A stretch of DNA of 62,004 bases, filler included, from Actinomycetota bacterium (GCA_025963875.1; 5 parts of 5 records of this genome joined end to end with filler, not necessarily neighbours in it), one strand, 5' to 3'; positions 39,925 to 49,644 are shown, counted from the first letter of the whole stretch. Program-made: numbers and translations. Notes: generated by a model from the letters alone, not told the origin.

Positions 39925-40478
39925 AGGGGTACGACCTCCTCATCCACGATGTCCCGGATGAAAGCCAGTCCCCGTCGCTGGAGGGCCTTGATGGCGCCGG
40001 GCGACTTGTGGAGGATCCCGGCGACCTCGTTCACGGTGAGACCGCCGACGATGCGCAGCATCAGGACCTCCCGCTGGTCGCCGGAGAGGGCGTCCAGGAG
40101 CTGGCGGATGCGGGTGGTGGCCAGGGACTGCAGCGCGTCCTCCTCGACGTTGCCCGTGGACGTCCTCGCGTGGATGACCTCCTCGGGGACGGGGTCGGAG
40201 GGCCGGCGACCGTGGTAGCGCCGCTCGTCGAGCAGGCGGTGGTGCGTCACGGTGAGGACCCAGGACCGGAAGGACCCTTCGTTGCCGGTGAAGGTGGGGA
40301 GGCCACGGGCGACGCCGAGGAAGACCTCCCCGGTCAGGTCCTCGGGCTCCCGGGCGCCGCGGCTGCGCAGGTAGCCGTGGACGAGGGGGGCCAGGTCGCG
40401 GTACAGCGCCTCCCAGGCCCAATCGGCGCCGCTGCGGGCAGCCTCCAGAACCGTCTCGAAGCTCTCGCCCAAGGCCAA
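39921..40478 (-). CDS. ECF RNA polymerase sigma factor, cassette 1
   Basis: EDLTGEVFL, FRSWVLTVTHHRLLD, KSPGAIKALQRRG. Confidence 0.93.
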   Translation of the reverse strand: MALGESFETVLEAARSGADWAWEALYRDLAPLVHGYLRSRGAREPEDLTGEVFLGVARGLPTFTGNEGSFRSWVLTVTHHRLLDERRYHGRRPSDPVPEEVIHARTSTGNVEEDALQSLATTRIRQLLDALSGDQREVLMLRIVGGLTVNEVAGILHKSPGAIKALQRRGLAFIRDIVDEEVVPL

Positions 40479-40592
40479 CAGGCTCTCCTTGATAGTCCGG
40501 CGCCCTGCTCTGTAGCTCGGTTGCCAGGCCCCCTGAGATTGAGCCGCCCGCGACCAAATGATGAAAAGTGACTAGGTCCGTATGCTGTGGCC

Positions 40593-41411
40593 ATGCCGAG
40601 AAGCGACATGGAGGCGGTCTACAGCACGGGCCACATCCTACCGAGCATCCTCAACGGCCTGGTCGCGGCCGGCAAAGACCCGGAGCACATCGGCCCGGAC
40701 GACCTCGTCATGCTGGAAGAGTTCCACACGCTGGGGCCCATGGCGACGGCGGCCCTGGCGCAGGCCTCGGGGATCGGCCCCGAGGACCAGGTCCTCGACG
40801 CCGGGTGCGGCATCGGCGGTCCCGCTCGCCACCTCGCCCGTGCGTACGGGTGCCGGGTGACCGGCGTGGATTTCACACCGGAGTTCGTGGAGGTGGGCAA
40901 CGAGCTCACCCGGCGGGCCGGGCTGGCGGATCGGGTTGACATCGTGCAGGGCGACGCCACCGACCTGCCGTTCCCGCCCGGCCGCTTCGACGTGGCCTGG
41001 ACGCAGCACGCCGCCATGAACATCGCCGACAAGGCCCTGCTGTACCGCGAGCTCCGCCGGGTGGTGAAGCCCGGCGGTCGCCTGGCGCTCTTCGACGTCG
41101 TCGGAGGTCCGATCCAGCCACTGCACTTCCCCGTCCCCTGGGCCGACGATCCGGCCTGGAGCTTCCTCGAGCCTGCGGACAGGATCAGGGACCTGGTGCA
41201 GGAAGCCGGCTTCGGCATCACGCTCTGGGAGGATCTCACGGAGCAGGCAATTCCCTTCTTCGCCGCCGCGGCGGTTGCAATGGCAGCCCCCCCGGGGCCA
41301 CTCGGCATCCACCTCCTCGTCGACAACGTCCCCACCAAGTTCGGGAACCTGGCGCGCAACTTCGAGGAGGACCGGGCCCGCGTCATCCGCTGTGTCGCCG
41401 TCGCCGGCTAA
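40593..41411 (+). CDS. Class I SAM-dependent methyltransferase
   Basis: EEFHTLG, VLDAGCGIGGPAR, GDATDLPF; TATGCT -10 ends 6 nt before ATG. Confidence 0.9.
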   Translation: MPRSDMEAVYSTGHILPSILNGLVAAGKDPEHIGPDDLVMLEEFHTLGPMATAALAQASGIGPEDQVLDAGCGIGGPARHLARAYGCRVTGVDFTPEFVEVGNELTRRAGLADRVDIVQGDATDLPFPPGRFDVAWTQHAAMNIADKALLYRELRRVVKPGGRLALFDVVGGPIQPLHFPVPWADDPAWSFLEPADRIRDLVQEAGFGITLWEDLTEQAIPFFAAAAVAMAAPPGPLGIHLLVDNVPTKFGNLARNFEEDRARVIRCVAVAG

Positions 41412-42313
41412 TGGCGACGCCGCAACCCTCGGCCCCCCGCAACCACGCGCAGGGGGCGGGGCGCTCCTCCAAGCCGCGGCCACGCCGGCCGACCAGATGG
41501 CCCAAGCCGGAGGGTGCGCCCAAGGCGCGCGCCGGGATCGAGGACGAGCTCGCCGCCGCGTTCGAACGGACCGTCGCCGAAGGCCACCGGCGCCTCACCC
41601 GGACCTGGCCGGGGCTCCTCGCCACGGGTGCGGTCGGTGGCATCGACATCTCGACGGGCATCCTCGGCCTGCTGATCGTCCACAGCGCCACCAACAACGC
41701 CCTGCTGGCAGCCTTGGCGTTCCCGATCGGCTTCATCGCCCTCACCCTCGCCAGCAGCGAGCTGTTCACCGAGAACTTCCTCGTCCCCATCGCCGCGGTC
41801 GCCGCCCGCTGGGCACGGCCCCGCGCCCTTGCCCGGCTATGGGCGGGCACCGCCATCACCAACCTGCTCGGGGGCTGGATCATGATGGGCATCGTCATGG
41901 CCGCGCTGCCCAAGCTGCGGCCCACGGCCATCGAGATCGCCCGCGTCTATCCCCAGTACGGCATCGGCGTCCGTTCCTTCGCCCTGGCGCTGCTCGGCGG
42001 CGTGATCATCACCCTCATGACCTGGATGGAGCGGAGCACCACGTCGGTGCCCGGCAAGCTTGCCGCCGCCTCCGCGGCCGCATTCCTCCTGGCCGCAGGG
42101 TCGCTGAACCATGCCATCGTCGTCTCGCTCGAGATGTTCGCCGCGCTGCACGCCGGGGCACCGTTCGGCTACTTCGACTGGTTTCGGGTCGTGCTGTGGG
42201 CGACGTTCGGCAACATGGTCGGCGGCATCGGACTGGTGACCGTGCTGCGCCTCGTGCAGGTGGGACGGCGCAAGATGAAGGAAGAGGAGGACAAGGCGGC
42301 CGATCCCCACTGA
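41411..42313 (+). CDS. Formate/nitrite transporter family channel
   Basis: SELFTENFL, TNLLGG, LNHAIV, FGNMVGG. Confidence 0.9.
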   Translation: MATPQPSAPRNHAQGAGRSSKPRPRRPTRWPKPEGAPKARAGIEDELAAAFERTVAEGHRRLTRTWPGLLATGAVGGIDISTGILGLLIVHSATNNALLAALAFPIGFIALTLASSELFTENFLVPIAAVAARWARPRALARLWAGTAITNLLGGWIMMGIVMAALPKLRPTAIEIARVYPQYGIGVRSFALALLGGVIITLMTWMERSTTSVPGKLAAASAAAFLLAAGSLNHAIVVSLEMFAALHAGAPFGYFDWFRVVLWATFGNMVGGIGLVTVLRLVQVGRRKMKEEEDKAADPH

Positions 42314-42351
42314 GGCGCCGTATGCTCGGGCCATGCTGGATGCTCCAAGCG

Positions 42352-42411
42352 GCAACGGAGGTTCGTCGCCTTTCGCGCTTCTACGCGCGATTGCGGTCTA
42401 ACCTCTGTCGT
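42352..42411. repeat. REP-like hairpin, copy B
   Basis: CGCGC-TTCTAC-GCGCG apex; homologous to 17910-17963. Confidence 0.8.
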
Positions 42412-42420
42412 TCCGAGGGG

Positions 42421-43302
42421 TTACGCCTGGCCCGTCGTTGCTTCGGCCCTCGGGTCGCTCGTCTGCCGGCGGCTGAGGTCCCACAGCCGCCTCGCCACCT
42501 CCATGTCCCGGGCCTGCGGCGACGGGAGCGTGCGTCGCTTGTCGACGAAGTAGCCACCGTTCTCCCCGCTGACGTCCGGGGAGTCGGCCAGCCACACCAG
42601 CGTCTCCGCTCCCTTCTCCGGCGTGCGGGAGAACGGCTTGATCGCGGCCATCGCCAGGTTCATCAGCCTGCCGTTGTTGTGGTTGAAGCCCGTCGCGACC
42701 AGCCCCGGGTGGTAGCAGTTGGCTGTGACGCCGCTGCCCTCCAGCCGCCGGGCGAGCTCGGCCGTGAACAGGATGTTGGCGAGCTTGGTCTCGCCGTACC
42801 GGGCGAAGCCCCTTGCCTTCCACGGCCCCTCGCCGGCGAGGTTATCGAAAGGGATATGGGCCTTCTGGTGGGCATCGGAGGCCGTCGTGACGATGCGGGC
42901 GGGCGGATGCTGCTTCATCCGGTCCAGCAGGAGGTTGGTGAGCAGGAAGGGTGCGAGGTGGTTGACGGCCCAGGTCTCCTCGATGCCGTCCACGGTGTGC
43001 CGGCGGGTCCGGAACATGGCGCCGGCATTGTTGACGAGCACGTCGATGCGTTCGTAGCGGTCCAGCAACTCCGCGGCGAGGCGGCGCACCTCCGCCTGTG
43101 ACGAGAGGTCCGCAATGGCGACCTCGGGCGCGGGGGAATCGCGGATGCGTTCCAGGGCGACGGCGGCCCGCTCCTGGCTCCGGGCGACGATTGTCAGCTC
43201 GGCCCCCAGTTCGGCGAGCTCCTGCGCGGCGGCCAGGCCGATCCCGTTGGTCGCCCCCGTCATCACCACCCGCTTCCCGGCCACCCCGGTCCATTCCGTC
43301 AT
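42421..43302 (-). CDS. Short-chain dehydrogenase/reductase (RDH-like)
   Basis: TGATNGIG, LVNNAG, VNHLAPF, YGETK, HPGLVAT. Confidence 0.93.
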   Translation of the reverse strand: MTEWTGVAGKRVVMTGATNGIGLAAAQELAELGAELTIVARSQERAAVALERIRDSPAPEVAIADLSSQAEVRRLAAELLDRYERIDVLVNNAGAMFRTRRHTVDGIEETWAVNHLAPFLLTNLLLDRMKQHPPARIVTTASDAHQKAHIPFDNLAGEGPWKARGFARYGETKLANILFTAELARRLEGSGVTANCYHPGLVATGFNHNNGRLMNLAMAAIKPFSRTPEKGAETLVWLADSPDVSGENGGYFVDKRRTLPSPQARDMEVARRLWDLSRRQTSDPRAEATTGQA

Positions 43303-43489
43303 AGACCCAGGTTATCGGGGTCCCCGCTGTCCGGAAGAAGCCATCGCGCGGCGGAGGATTTTAGGAGGCTCGCCGCCGTTTCCTGCGGGTGCCGGCGCAG
43401 CGCCATCAAGGCCGTTCCGGCCTCCGATGGGCCGGGTGCACCGTGCCCCGGAAAACTGGTTGGGGGCCCAGAGGCGAGGGAACAGCAGC

Positions 43490-43543
43490 GAAATTCTTTG
43501 CTTGCCCTACCGCGTAGAGCGCGGTCAGACGATCAAATATTTC
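43490..43543. repeat. Imperfect intergenic hairpin related to the REP-like family
   Basis: ACCGCG-TAGAG-CGCGGT apex with GAAATTCTTTG/CAAATATTTC outer arms. Confidence 0.55.
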
Positions 43544-43577
43544 AGGGCAGGCGGGAAACGGACTATGCAGTCTCGGC

Positions 43578-44369
43578 TCAGCGGCCAGAGGGGCCGAAAC
43601 GCTCGGCCCGCACCCTGCCGGGCGGGTACCCCGCGGCCACGAGCAGCCCGGTCTGCGTCTCCACGAAGGAGGTCGGTCCGCAGACGAAGGCCAGCGGGTT
43701 GCCCGGGGGCGGCCAGGCGATCCCGGCCAGCATGTCCTTGTCGATGCGGCCCACGAGTCCCGGCCAGCCGGCCGGGACCCCCCGGGTCGCGGTGACGAAG
43801 AGCTCGAAGCCGTCTCCTGCTGCGGCGAGGCGCCGCAACTCCTCGGCGTAGAACAGGTCTCCCGGTGTCCGGACCGATGCCAGGAGCCGGACCGGGACGT
43901 GGCTGCCCCGGCGGGTTCGGTGGCGGAGCATCGCCATGAGGGGCACGATGCCCGAGCCACCGGCGATCAGCAGCAGCGGTCCTCCGTCGTCCGCTTCCCA
44001 GACGAACCAGCCGCCGATGGGACCACGGATCTGTACGACGTCGCCCTCGGCCATGTCCCGGACCAGGTAGGGGGAGACCTCACCGTCGTCGAGGCGGTCG
44101 ACGCTGAGCTCCAGGCTGGGATCTTCGGGCGCCGAGGCAATCGAATAGCTCCGCTCGGCCCGGTAGCCGTCGCCGGCGCAGACGCGCACGTCGACGTGCT
44201 GGCCGGCGCGGTGGCCAGGCCAGTGCTCGAGCTGGAAGGACAGGGTGGCGGCGCTCGGTGTCTCGTGTCGTCTGGAGAGCAGGCGAGCGTTTCGCCAGGG
44301 TCCAGGGGCTGCGGAAATCAGTCCCCCCGGTCGCGCTGCGTCATCGGCATGGCTACAAGGTACGACCAC
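43578..44369 (-). CDS. Ferredoxin-NADP reductase-like flavoprotein (start uncertain)
   Basis: AGQHVDVR, RSYSIAS, GEVSPYL, AGGSGIVPL, FVCGP. Confidence 0.9.
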   Translation of the reverse strand: MVVPCSHADDAARPGGLISAAPGPWRNARLLSRRHETPSAATLSFQLEHWPGHRAGQHVDVRVCAGDGYRAERSYSIASAPEDPSLELSVDRLDDGEVSPYLVRDMAEGDVVQIRGPIGGWFVWEADDGGPLLLIAGGSGIVPLMAMLRHRTRRGSHVPVRLLASVRTPGDLFYAEELRRLAAAGDGFELFVTATRGVPAGWPGLVGRIDKDMLAGIAWPPPGNPLAFVCGPTSFVETQTGLLVAAGYPPGRVRAERFGPSGR

Positions 44370-44468
44370 GCGGTGGATACTGCTTCCACCGGGGGGGGGA
44401 TTGCCCACCGGGAACATGGGCTGGACCCGATGCCGGGTAAGGTGCGAGCGTGGGATCGGAACCTCACC

Positions 44469-45584
44469 ATGCCGACTGAGAACGGAAGGACCTCCGGGCG
44501 CGGGGCCGCTCGGGGGGAAGGGCACCGCATCCTCGTCGTCGACGACGACCCGATGGTCCGCCAGCTCCTTGTCAGGATGCTGGAGAGCACCGGGTACGTC
44601 GGGCAGGCCGCCGCCGACGCTGCCGAGGCCCGCCGGTTCCTGGCGGAGCAGGACTTCGCCGCCATCCTCATCGACGTCCGGATGCCCGGCGAGTCGGGCA
44701 TCGACCTGCTGAAGTACGTGGCCGCCGAGTGCCTGGACACCGCGCCCGTGATGGTCACCGCCTCCGACGACCACGGGCTCGTCGAGGTCGCCTTCGAGAC
44801 GGGCGCCTACGGCTACGTCGTGAAGCCCTTCCGCATGAGCGAGCTGATGATCAACATCACCAACGCCCTCCACCGCAGGGAGCTGGAGATGCGCAACCGT
44901 GACTACATCCGGGAACTGGAGGAGAAGGTGGGCCGCCACCGCACACTCCAGCGCACCATCGCTCCGCTGGAGGACCCGGCCAGCGCCCCCATCACCACCG
45001 AGGAGGTCATCGGACGGCTGTCGGGCGCGCTGTCGGCACGGGACGAGGAGACCGGCAACCACATCCGGCGCATGAGCTCCCTGTCGGCGTTCCTCGCCGA
45101 GCGGGCGGGCATCACCAACGCGAGCCCGAAGGACATGCGGCTGGCGTCGGCCCTGCACGACGTCGGCAAGATCGGCGTCCCCGACGCCGTCCTGCTGAAG
45201 CCGGGCCCGCTGAACGCCGCGGAGCAGGAGGTGATGCATCGCCACACCATCATCGGGCACCGGATGCTCTCGGACTCGGCGTCACCGCTCCTGCAGCTCG
45301 GAGCCAGCATTGCCCTGAACCACCACGAGCGCTGGGACGGCAGCGGCTACCCCAACGGCCTGGCCGGCGAGGACATCCCCGCTGAGGGCCGGGTCACCGC
45401 CATCGCCGACGTGTACGACGCCCTCACGAGCCACCGGGTCTACCGGCCCGCACTTCCCCGGGATGCCGCCCTCGCGTATATGCGGTCCGGCAGGAGCAGG
45501 CATTTCGACCCGGACCTGCTGGACCTCTTCGTCGACACCATCGACGAAGTCCGCCCCGACGGGGAGCCCGGCCCGGAAGCCTGA
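44469..45584 (+). CDS. REC-HD-GYP c-di-GMP phosphodiesterase (RpfG-like)
   Basis: ILVVDDD, RDEETGNH, LHDVGKIG, HHERWDGSGYP. Confidence 0.93.
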   Translation: MPTENGRTSGRGAARGEGHRILVVDDDPMVRQLLVRMLESTGYVGQAAADAAEARRFLAEQDFAAILIDVRMPGESGIDLLKYVAAECLDTAPVMVTASDDHGLVEVAFETGAYGYVVKPFRMSELMINITNALHRRELEMRNRDYIRELEEKVGRHRTLQRTIAPLEDPASAPITTEEVIGRLSGALSARDEETGNHIRRMSSLSAFLAERAGITNASPKDMRLASALHDVGKIGVPDAVLLKPGPLNAAEQEVMHRHTIIGHRMLSDSASPLLQLGASIALNHHERWDGSGYPNGLAGEDIPAEGRVTAIADVYDALTSHRVYRPALPRDAALAYMRSGRSRHFDPDLLDLFVDTIDEVRPDGEPGPEA

Positions 45585-45591
45585 GGACCTC

Positions 45592-46686
45592 TTACGGCAG
45601 CAGGGTGCTGGGGTCGGAGATGGGCGGGACGGCGATCTCCTCGACGGGTTCTTCCGGCTCGGTGACCTTGTCCGAGATCCAGGCGTCGATACGCGACCAC
45701 CACCCATACAGCCACGCGATCAACTCCTCGGTCTCCTCGTCAGATTCGGCGCCTTGAGGGGCGCCTGGGGGCACCTCCGCCGCGGTGATACGCCAGAAGC
45801 GGGCCAGGACCGGCTCCTTGAGCGGGATGCGCCGCCAGAGCTGCCCGATCGACCCCACATCCTCGAACAGGGTGTGAGCCACGAACACGACGTCGGCGTC
45901 GGGTGCGTGCCCGATGGCGGCCATGACGCCGCCGTGGCGGGGCGGCAGGACGTTGGCCATCCGCTCGGCCCGGGCGGCGGAATCGTGGTGGCCGCGCTTG
46001 CGCAGGTGGGCGATCGCTCGCTCCCGCAGCTGCGGCTTGAAGTCGTGGCCCTCGGGGAACAGCACGAAGGCATCCCGGTCGCCCAGCCCGCTGGCCAGGG
46101 CCCCGATGGCCTCGATCTGCGCCTCCCGGCCGGAGGCGCCGTGGCGGATGAACCGGTTGGGCAGCCGGTTGAGCAGGGTGTCGAACAGCGGCTCCCACTG
46201 CAGCTTCTCCAGCATGATGATGCGCGGGCGGCGCCCGTAGTCCAGCAGCAGGGTCGCCACGAGCAACAGGGAGTTGCCGGCCCCGCCGTGCCGGCTGAAG
46301 ACGAGGATGGGACCGGGCTCGGGGGCAGGCCGGTCCTCGATCTTCACCTCGATGTGGAACAGCCGGGTGGCGACCGACCGCAAACCGCGCAGCCACCAGG
46401 CCATGAGCCGGTAGTGCCGCTCCTGGAACGCGGGGGTGCGGATCCGGGCCCCCGCACCGGACGCGATCCACAGCCAGAAGACCGCGACGATGCCGGCCAC
46501 TTCGTACGCGCAATAGGCGACGCCGAAGGCGACGAAGCGCAGGCTCCGCCGGCCGCCGGCGAAGAGGTCGACGATGGCGGCCAGGACGAACAGGACGGGG
46601 GAAGCGACGACCAGGAGGAGGGAGCAGCACAGGACGAGGGGCGCCAGGACGACCCGGCGAACAAGCCTCGGCGGTACAGGGATCAT
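45592..46686 (-). CDS. PlsC-like acyltransferase
   Basis: N-terminal TM, LVFSRH, LFPEG, VLPPRHGG; acceptor motif is HGGAGN rather than HxxxxD. Confidence 0.8.
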   Translation of the reverse strand: MIPVPPRLVRRVVLAPLVLCCSLLLVVASPVLFVLAAIVDLFAGGRRSLRFVAFGVAYCAYEVAGIVAVFWLWIASGAGARIRTPAFQERHYRLMAWWLRGLRSVATRLFHIEVKIEDRPAPEPGPILVFSRHGGAGNSLLLVATLLLDYGRRPRIIMLEKLQWEPLFDTLLNRLPNRFIRHGASGREAQIEAIGALASGLGDRDAFVLFPEGHDFKPQLRERAIAHLRKRGHHDSAARAERMANVLPPRHGGVMAAIGHAPDADVVFVAHTLFEDVGSIGQLWRRIPLKEPVLARFWRITAAEVPPGAPQGAESDEETEELIAWLYGWWSRIDAWISDKVTEPEEPVEEIAVPPISDPSTLLP

Positions 46687-46739
46687 GTCAGTCGGCTCCC
46701 CCGAAGCCACAACGATACTCCCGCAGGCGCCGTCTCGGG

Positions 46740-47627
46740 TCAGCCCGGTTCTTCCGGCACCGTCGAGCGAGGCTCGAGCCCGTCGAGGTACGCCCGGGTC
46801 GCCTCGTAGGCGCGGGCGATGCGTCCCGCGATCGCCTCGAAGTCCCAGGTGCGGATCGACGAACCGGGCCCCTCCTCGCCGGTGGGCAGGACGTGCGCCA
46901 CGATGCCCGGCGGCAGGTGGGCCATGTCGTGGGCGAAGCGGTGCCGGCGTGCGATCTCGAAGGCGACGGTCATCACCTGCAGGAGGTTGCGCGGCGGTTG
47001 CAACGGCCGCTCGACGCGGCCGACGTGGAGGATGTACAGCTCGGTGGCCCCCAGGGCGATCGCCCGCTCGATGGGGATGCTGTTCACGATGCCGCCGTCC
47101 ATGAAGTGCTCACCGCCGATCTCGACCACCGGGAGCAGGCCGGGCACCGCCGAGGAGGCGACGATGGCGTCGGCGAGGCAGCCCTCCGTGAACCAGTGCT
47201 CCGCGGCCCGCTCGATGCAGGCGGCGACGCACTGGAACGGGACGGCCAGCTCCTCGAACGTCGTCACGGGCAGGAGGCGGTGGAGCAGGCGACGCAGCGG
47301 CAGGTTGGAGTTGAGGTGCGTGCGTTCCCGGATGAGGGTGCTGGCGATGCGGAATGGGGAGTCGAAGACGCGCTCCTTGCCGAGGCGGCGCCAGACGTCC
47401 TCGAGGCGGTCCAGCATCTCCAGGCTGGGCTCGGCCGCGATGGCCGCACCGTTGATGGCCCCGATCGATGTGCCGACGATCAGGTCGGGGAGGATGCCCC
47501 GTTCGAGCAGGGCCCGCAGCATGCCGACCTCGTTCGCGCCGAGGTCGCCCCCGCCGCCGAGGACGTAGGCCACCTTCGGAAGGACTTCGCCGTCGGTTTC
47601 GGGCATCTCGCAGTGCATGATATGCAA
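46740..47627 (-). CDS. Patatin-like phospholipase
   Basis: VLGGGG, GTSIG, DGG. Confidence 0.92.
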   Translation of the reverse strand: MHIMHCEMPETDGEVLPKVAYVLGGGGDLGANEVGMLRALLERGILPDLIVGTSIGAINGAAIAAEPSLEMLDRLEDVWRRLGKERVFDSPFRIASTLIRERTHLNSNLPLRRLLHRLLPVTTFEELAVPFQCVAACIERAAEHWFTEGCLADAIVASSAVPGLLPVVEIGGEHFMDGGIVNSIPIERAIALGATELYILHVGRVERPLQPPRNLLQVMTVAFEIARRHRFAHDMAHLPPGIVAHVLPTGEEGPGSSIRTWDFEAIAGRIARAYEATRAYLDGLEPRSTVPEEPG

Positions 47628-47686
47628 CAGGTCTCCGGGTATTAGATAGGCTGGTTCGAGAGAGTCTGCGACGAAGGAGGTCGACG

Positions 47687-47914
47687 ATGGCTGGTCCCGA
47701 AGATCTCGATAAGGCCCGCGACAAGACCGACGCCGACAAGGCGAAGGACTACTTCAGCAAGATTCCCGGCTTCGAGGCTCCGAGCTTCGAGAAGCCGGCC
47801 CCGGCGGAGGAGCAGCCCGCTTCCGACGAGTGGGTCCCGCCGACGAAGGCCCCCAAGCCGGAGGCCCCGCTCTCCGAGGCGGAGGAGTACTTCAAGAAGA
47901 TCATCCCCAAGTAG
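47687..47914 (+). CDS. Small hypothetical protein (75 aa)
   Basis: Strong SD AAGGAGG, GC3-biased codons, internal repeat AKDYFSKI/AEEYFKKI. Confidence 0.8.
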   Translation: MAGPEDLDKARDKTDADKAKDYFSKIPGFEAPSFEKPAPAEEQPASDEWVPPTKAPKPEAPLSEAEEYFKKIIPK

Positions 47915-48097
47915 CGGCCGGCAGTCCCCTCAGGTCAATTCCGCGCCGCCTCACAAACCCGGGCGGTGGCTCTTCTCGTGCGCGTCGCGGCACCGGTCAC
48001 AGACCCGGCGCTCACACGAGCTGCAGACGTGCATCATCGTGGGGTTCGCGGTCTCGAACCCGCACACGTCGCAGCGGAACTTGAGTTCGAGCACGGC

Positions 48098-48550
48098 CTA
48101 GCCCGTCCCAAGCAGCAACCGGCTCGCGACGACCACACGCTCTCCGGCGAAGCGCTGCGCCTCCGGATCCCACGGGAAGTAGATGACGATGGTCTCCGAG
48201 ACGGCCTCGCCGGTGGGTGGGTTGCCGAGCCACGGGCCCCGGAATGTGCCGGTGAGGGTCGCGACCTCGATGACGCCCTGCGGACCGATGACGATGTCCG
48301 TCAGATCGAAGTGCACGTCCGGGAAGGCGGAGAGGAACTCCGTGTAGAAGCGGCGGGCGCCCTCGTGGCCCTCCCAGCGATGGCCGGAGGGGACGAGCTC
48401 GTAGACACAGTCCTCCGACAGCGTGTCGATCAGGCCCTGGAGGTCACGGCCGTCTTCGGCCTTCGAGTGGGCGATCCAGAGGCTCCGGATGGCCTGGTAC
48501 TGCTCGGGCATCACGTCCATGGCGAGACGCTGCCGGATGGGGATGTCCAT
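48098..48550 (-). CDS. SnoaL-like/ester cyclase NTF2-fold protein
   Basis: HSKAED, RFYTEFLSAFPD, GTFRGPWLGNPPTG; TAGCAT -10 upstream. Confidence 0.85.
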   Translation of the reverse strand: MDIPIRQRLAMDVMPEQYQAIRSLWIAHSKAEDGRDLQGLIDTLSEDCVYELVPSGHRWEGHEGARRFYTEFLSAFPDVHFDLTDIVIGPQGVIEVATLTGTFRGPWLGNPPTGEAVSETIVIYFPWDPEAQRFAGERVVVASRLLLGTG

Positions 48551-48933
48551 CCCCGAGATGCTACACCGGCCCCGGAAGCCTACCGCCGGCGCAACTCGGC
48601 GTCCCTTGCGCGGAGGTGAGTAGCTTTTGGTACTTGGCCAGCGGCGCCGAGCTCCTTTGTGTGACGTCGTCGCCCGCACCGGTCCGCCGGCCCCTCCGCC
48701 CGGCCCCGTCTCCACAGGCGAAGCGGACAGGTATGGTAAATTTCCGCTGCGGTTGGCTCTTTGCGGTGTCCTTGGTGGTCCCCGGGCACGCCCGACCGGA
48801 CCACCCTAGCGGCGATCCTGGCGCAAAGCCCAGCGATCGATCGTTAGCTCCGCAACGGTCCCAGGCCACGAACGCCGCACCGGCCGGAGCATCGCCGCCT
48901 TCGGTGGCGAGCCACAACACGAGGAGAACGAAC

Positions 48934-49644
48934 ATGCCCAGGAGAAGCACAGACGGATCAAGCAGCCCCGAGACCGCTGTCGGACTGATGGAGCCCGGGT
49001 CCGCGTCAAGCCCGGTGGAGGTGCGCCCCGGCGCAGCGGTGAACCCCGACATGGTGAACGTCTTCGAACAGGCGGTATCGCCGGGGGCCGCTCCGGGCCT
49101 TCATCTCGTACGGCTCGGGGACCGTCCCGCCGGGGACGCCATCGCCCTGTCGGTCCTCGCCTGGGTCCGCAACGTCGCGTACGACAAGGACGTCTGGGTG
49201 GATCTCTACGTGCTGGGAGAGGGTGGCGTGCTGCACGCCGAGACGATCCCGCTCGCATTCCAGGAGCCTGCCGAGGGCGGCGGTGACTTCTTCGCTGCCG
49301 GCGCCGCCGTGCCCGCCCCCAAGGCTGGACCAGAGACGTCGGCGATGGCGATGCTGCAGTTCCGCATCTACGGCCAGATGAACGGCGAGCTCTTCACGGA
49401 CGGGATCCTCCACAGCCACCCGATCGAGGCGACGCCGGTCAGGAAGGCGGCGCCCAAGCCTGCGGCGGTCACGACGACTGCCGACCCCGCCGCCGAGCCG
49501 GCTGCCGAGCCGGCCGCCCCGAAGGCCGCACGCAAGGCCGCCGCACCCAGGGCCGCGAAGGCGCCCAAGGCCCCCAAGGCTGCCGGCGAGGCCAAGCCCG
49601 CGGCCGCACCGAGGGCACGCAAGCCGAAGTCGCCAAAGGCATAG
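48934..49644 (+). CDS. Hypothetical protein with CBM21-like domain and histone-H1-like Lys/Ala/Pro tail
   Basis: SD AGGAG; WVRNVAYDKDVWVD; tail KAARKAAAPRAAKAPKAPKA...RKPKSPKA. Confidence 0.65.
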   Translation: MPRRSTDGSSSPETAVGLMEPGSASSPVEVRPGAAVNPDMVNVFEQAVSPGAAPGLHLVRLGDRPAGDAIALSVLAWVRNVAYDKDVWVDLYVLGEGGVLHAETIPLAFQEPAEGGGDFFAAGAAVPAPKAGPETSAMAMLQFRIYGQMNGELFTDGILHSHPIEATPVRKAAPKPAAVTTTADPAAEPAAEPAAPKAARKAAAPRAAKAPKAPKAAGEAKPAAAPRARKPKSPKA

